From the NCBI GenBank assembly GCA_047604985.1, contig JASGGP010000001.1, positions 1-46,197 on the forward strand: 46,197 bases of DNA, given 5' to 3'. A program made the translations under genes and the position numbers. The notes beneath the pieces were generated by a model. It saw nothing but the letters and a program-made list of their open reading frames with translations. It had not been told where the DNA came from and did not search any database. Source of the stretch: Lacrimispora sp. GTDB taxonomy: Bacteria; Bacillota; Clostridia; Lachnospirales; Lachnospiraceae. This document shows, piece after piece, positions 42,598 through 46,197 of this stretch. Position 1 is the stretch's first letter; every line of letters begins with the position of its first letter.

Positions 42598-43509
42598 CTA
42601 GAACTTCCCCAGCGTCTTTACCTCCATCTCCAGCTTCACTCCGGAATGGCGGAACACTCTTTCCTTCACTTCTTCGCACAGCGCAATAATATCCGCTGCA
42701 GTCGCCTGGTTCTTGTTTATCACAAACCCGCAGTGCTTTTCTGAAATCTGGGCCCCGCCCAGGGTAAAGCCCCGGAGCCCCGCCTCGTCAATGAGCATTC
42801 CGGCATAATGGCCTGCCGGCCGCTTAAAGGTGCTTCCTGCGCTGGGATATTCCAGGGGCTGTTTTTCTTTCCTTCTGCGGGCCAGATCATCCATCCGCTC
42901 CCTGATGGCAGTCTCGTCTCCCGCTCTTAAGCGGAGTACGGCTTCCAGAACAACGTACTGATTTGGAATGATGCAGCTGGTCCGGTATCCTAAGTTAAGA
43001 TCCTGGGCAGAGATCTCCTTCACCTCACCTTCAGGTGTCAGAACCTTCACTGACTCCAGAACCTCTTTCATCGCTGAACCGTATGCGCCGGCATTCATCA
43101 CAACCGCTCCCCCAAGAGTACCCGGTATACCGGCTGCAAATTCAAAACCGGTCAATGACGCCCTACATGCTTCCTGTGCGGCCCGGGCCATAGAGGTTCC
43201 GGCTCCTGCCCTCACCCTTTCTGTCTCTTTCTCCGCCCGGCATTCCCCAAAGTTCTCCATGGAAATGACCACTCCGTCAAAGCCTCCGTCTCCCACCAGA
43301 AGATTGCTTCCGTTGCCCAGGATAAAAAAGGGCACGTTTTCCCGGCGGCACAGGGCGGTAATATCCGCAAGTTCCTTTTCCCCCTTTGGAATTACAAAGA
43401 AACCGGCAGGTCCGCCGACCCTGAATGTGGTATGCTTCCCCATCGCTTCCTTCACCATTACACGGTCTTTATCGGACGCACTAAGAAGTTTTTCATAAAA
43501 TCCAGTCAT
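42598..43509 (-). CDS. murB: UDP-N-acetylenolpyruvoylglucosamine reductase
   Basis: HTTFRVGG, GNGSNLL, GIPGTLGG..MNAGAYG and QPLEYPSAGSTFKRP motifs. Confidence 0.96.
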   Translation of the reverse strand: MTGFYEKLLSASDKDRVMVKEAMGKHTTFRVGGPAGFFVIPKGEKELADITALCRRENVPFFILGNGSNLLVGDGGFDGVVISMENFGECRAEKETERVRAGAGTSMARAAQEACRASLTGFEFAAGIPGTLGGAVVMNAGAYGSAMKEVLESVKVLTPEGEVKEISAQDLNLGYRTSCIIPNQYVVLEAVLRLRAGDETAIRERMDDLARRRKEKQPLEYPSAGSTFKRPAGHYAGMLIDEAGLRGFTLGGAQISEKHCGFVINKNQATAADIIALCEEVKERVFRHSGVKLEMEVKTLGKF

Positions 43510-43517
43510 CAGACACC

Positions 43518-44450
43518 TCAATCATCCTGTTTTTTTGAGAGGTTTGCCTGGACGCGGTTATAAAGCTCCTGCGCCGCGTTGTACCCCATCTTCTTCTGTC
43601 TGTAATTGACGGCGGCAGATTCTACGATAATGGCCAGATTACGTCCCGGACGTACCGGAATGGAATGGCATACCACCCGGTTGCCCAGAAATTCCGTATA
43701 TTGGTCCTCAATTCCCAGCCTGTCATATTCTTTATCCTTATCCCAGTCTTCCAGCTTTATCACCATGTCAATGGCCTGGGTATCCTTAACGCTTTCCACG
43801 CCGAACAGGGTCTTGACATCAATGATGCCGATCCCCCTTAATTCGATGAAATGTCTGGTGATCTGGGGAGCTGTTCCGATAAGAGTCTCATCACTGACCT
43901 TGCGGATTTCCACCACATCATCAGTTACCAGACGGTGGCCTCTCTTAATCAGCTCCAGGGCAGCCTCGCTTTTTCCGATGCCGCTCTCTCCCATAATCAG
44001 CACGCCTTCGCCGAATACGTCCACCAAAACCCCATGAATGCTGATGCAGGGAGCAAGCTTCACCTTCAGCCAGCGGATGATCTCCGCCATCAAATCTGAG
44101 GTGGTTTTCTCCGACACAAGACAGGGTACGCCGTAATGGGCACAGAAAGCCAGCATATCCTCATCCGGATTCTGGTTCCGGCTGTAGACCAGACAGGGAA
44201 TATGGCTGGACAGAAGCTTGTCGTACATCTCAAGCTTTCTCTCATGCTCCATCTGGTTGATATATTCTTGCTCCACGTAACCGATAACTTGAACCCGTTC
44301 ATTGTCAAAATGGTCATAAAAGCCGGCTAACTGAAGGGCCGGACGGTTGACATCCGGATGTTCAAGCACAACCTTCTCCGCGTCAATTTCCGGGGTCATG
44401 TTCCGAAGGTTCATCTTCTCGATCAATTCTGTAATGGCTACTCCATGCAT
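43518..44450 (-). CDS. hprK: HPr(Ser) kinase/phosphorylase
   Basis: HGVLVDV.GEGVLI.GESGIGKSE, LVTDD, IELRGIGII and PGRNLA motifs. Confidence 0.97.
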   Translation of the reverse strand: MHGVAITELIEKMNLRNMTPEIDAEKVVLEHPDVNRPALQLAGFYDHFDNERVQVIGYVEQEYINQMEHERKLEMYDKLLSSHIPCLVYSRNQNPDEDMLAFCAHYGVPCLVSEKTTSDLMAEIIRWLKVKLAPCISIHGVLVDVFGEGVLIMGESGIGKSEAALELIKRGHRLVTDDVVEIRKVSDETLIGTAPQITRHFIELRGIGIIDVKTLFGVESVKDTQAIDMVIKLEDWDKDKEYDRLGIEDQYTEFLGNRVVCHSIPVRPGRNLAIIVESAAVNYRQKKMGYNAAQELYNRVQANLSKKQDD

Positions 44451-44514
44451 GGCGAATTGCTCCTTTTTCCATCTGTTTTTTTCATACTAACACAGATTTT
44501 GTATTTTGAAAAGC

Positions 44515-46197
44515 CTAATGAAAGAACTCATAAACGCTTTTTGCCGCCCGCCCGTTCATCCCCGGCGTCTGCTCCAGCTCCTCTAAGGAAGATTCCTTAA
44601 TGGCTTCCAGGCTCTTATACCGGCGCATCAGGGCCTTTCTGCGGGTTGGGCCGATATCGGGGATATCATCCAGAATGGATTTTACCTGGCCCTTGCTCCT
44701 TAAGCTCCTGTGATATTCAATGGCAAACCGGTGGGCCTCATCCTGAATCCTGGTGATCAGCTTAAAGCCTTCGGAATGCCTGTCAATGGGAATTTCCACA
44801 TTGTTATAGTAAAGTCCCCTGGTCCGGTGATTGTCATCCTTTACCATGCCGCAGACAGGGATGGAAAGTTTTAACTCCTTTAAGACTTCCAGGGCAATAT
44901 TCACCTGCCCCCGTCCTCCATCCATCATGATTAAGTCCGGGAAACGGGTAAAGCTTCCAAGCTCCTCATCCACGCCTTTCTCTCTTAGGCTTTCCGCCTC
45001 CTGAAGCCCATGGGAAAACCTTCTGGTCAGAACCTCGTTCATGGAAGCATAGTCATTTGCTCCCTTGACCCATTTGATCTTAAACTTCCGGTAATCGTTC
45101 CGTTTGGGCTTGCCGTCCTCATAGACAATCATAGAGCCTACGGACTCAAAGCCGCTGATGTTGGAAATATCATAGGCTTCAATCCTTCGGATACCCTCAA
45201 GCCCCATCCAGTTTCCTACCTCGTTCATGGCGCCGATGGTACGCAGCTCTTCCCTCTTGATTTTTTCCTTATCCTGGGACAATACCAGGGCTGCATTCTT
45301 TTCCGCCAGCTCCACCAGACGCTCCTTCTGGCCCTTTTGGGGAACCACGATACGGACCTTTTGGCCCCGCTTTGCGGAAAGCCATTCTCCGATGACAGCC
45401 TCATCCTCAAGACCGTTCTGAATCCAAAGCTCTCTGGGTACAAAGGGAGTGCCGGAATAGAACTGTTTCACAAAGCCGGTCAGTATCTGCTGGTTGTCTT
45501 CCGCCGCCCCGATATTCACATGGAAATGCTCCCGGCCGATGAGCCTGCCTTCCCTGACAAAGAATACCTGAACCACAGCATCCTTCTCGTCCTTTGCCAT
45601 GGCGATAATATCCCGGTCTTCCATACCGCTGTCGGTGATCTTCTGCTTCTGGGCCACCTGCTTTACGCTGTTTAGCAGATCCCGGTATTCAATGGCCTTT
45701 TCATAGTCCATTTCCTCCGATGCCGCCTGCATATTCTCTTCCAGCATCTTAATGACCGGCTGGTATTTTCCGCCCAGGAAATCAAGGGCCTGATTGATGC
45801 ACTTCCAGTATTCCTCTTTGCTTATATAGCCCTGACAGGGGGCTGCGCACTGTTTGATATGGTAGTTCAGACAAGGCCGTTCCTTTCCGATGTCTCTCGG
45901 CAGGTTCCGGCTGCAGGTACGGATCTTATAAAGCTTATGGATCAGTTCAATGGTGTCTTTCACCGCTCCCGCGCTTGTATAGGGCCCGAAATATTTGCTT
46001 TTATCCTTTTTCATATCCCTGGAAAATAAAACCCTGGGATAATCCTCATACACCGTCACCTTGATATAGGGATAGGTCTTGTCATCCTTTAACATGGTGT
46101 TGTAGCGGGGACGGTGCTCCTTGATGAGATTGCATTCCAGCACTAGGGCCTCCAGCTCGGAGTCTGTTATAATGTATTCAAACCTGGCAATCCGGGA
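44515..46197 (-). CDS. uvrC: Excinuclease ABC subunit C (5'-truncated by window edge)
   Basis: The frame is open to 46197 ([16 protein letters not shown]). [27 protein letters not shown] and QDEAHRFA motifs, plus HhH. Confidence 0.97.
   Translation of the reverse strand, partial: SRIARFEYIITDSELEALVLECNLIKEHRPRYNTMLKDDKTYPYIKVTVYEDYPRVLFSRDMKKDKSKYFGPYTSAGAVKDTIELIHKLYKIRTCSRNLPRDIGKERPCLNYHIKQCAAPCQGYISKEEYWKCINQALDFLGGKYQPVIKMLEENMQAASEEMDYEKAIEYRDLLNSVKQVAQKQKITDSGMEDRDIIAMAKDEKDAVVQVFFVREGRLIGREHFHVNIGAAEDNQQILTGFVKQFYSGTPFVPRELWIQNGLEDEAVIGEWLSAKRGQKVRIVVPQKGQKERLVELAEKNAALVLSQDKEKIKREELRTIGAMNEVGNWMGLEGIRRIEAYDISNISGFESVGSMIVYEDGKPKRNDYRKFKIKWVKGANDYASMNEVLTRRFSHGLQEAESLREKGVDEELGSFTRFPDLIMMDGGRGQVNIALEVLKELKLSIPVCGMVKDDNHRTRGLYYNNVEIPIDRHSEGFKLITRIQDEAHRFAIEYHRSLRSKGQVKSILDDIPDIGPTRRKALMRRYKSLEAIKESSLEELEQTPGMNGRAAKSVYEFFH

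Overview
Lachnospiraceae-like (Lacrimispora/Clostridium-type) chromosome segment; the taxon is inferred from gene content. In order: (1) the 3' end of a legionaminic-acid-type nonulosonate biosynthesis cluster (1-4727). (2) A nine-gene minus-strand operon (4776-13394) with FOUR diverged Xi-class GST/glutathionyl-hydroquinone-reductase paralogues, two GNAT acetyltransferases, a polar amino-acid ABC importer and a PepT-like M20 peptidase, directly downstream of cysK. The operon is preceded by an unannotated 39-codon leader peptide containing CCSCCCC, followed at once by an intrinsic terminator. This looks like a cysteine-sensing ribosome-mediated attenuator controlling a putative anaerobic thiol-conjugate/cysteine salvage pathway, and is the most interesting system here. 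(3) dusB, DUF6145, and a TetR/hydrolase pair. (4) uxaA-uxaB and, 9-13 kb further on, GH105/GH28/esterase pectin genes, all sharing a TGTAAG-NN-CTTACA operator (4 copies). (5) A DinJ-YafQ-type toxin-antitoxin pair, a YtrA-type ABC operon and a mannose-family PTS/SIS/HAD operon. (6) Core genes pfkA, dnaE, Crh-like HPr, whiA, rapZ, murB, hprK and uvrC. Four genes (neuB, uxaA, uxaB, rapZ) carry single lesions that may be sequencing errors. All calls come from motif recognition by eye; no database searches were run.
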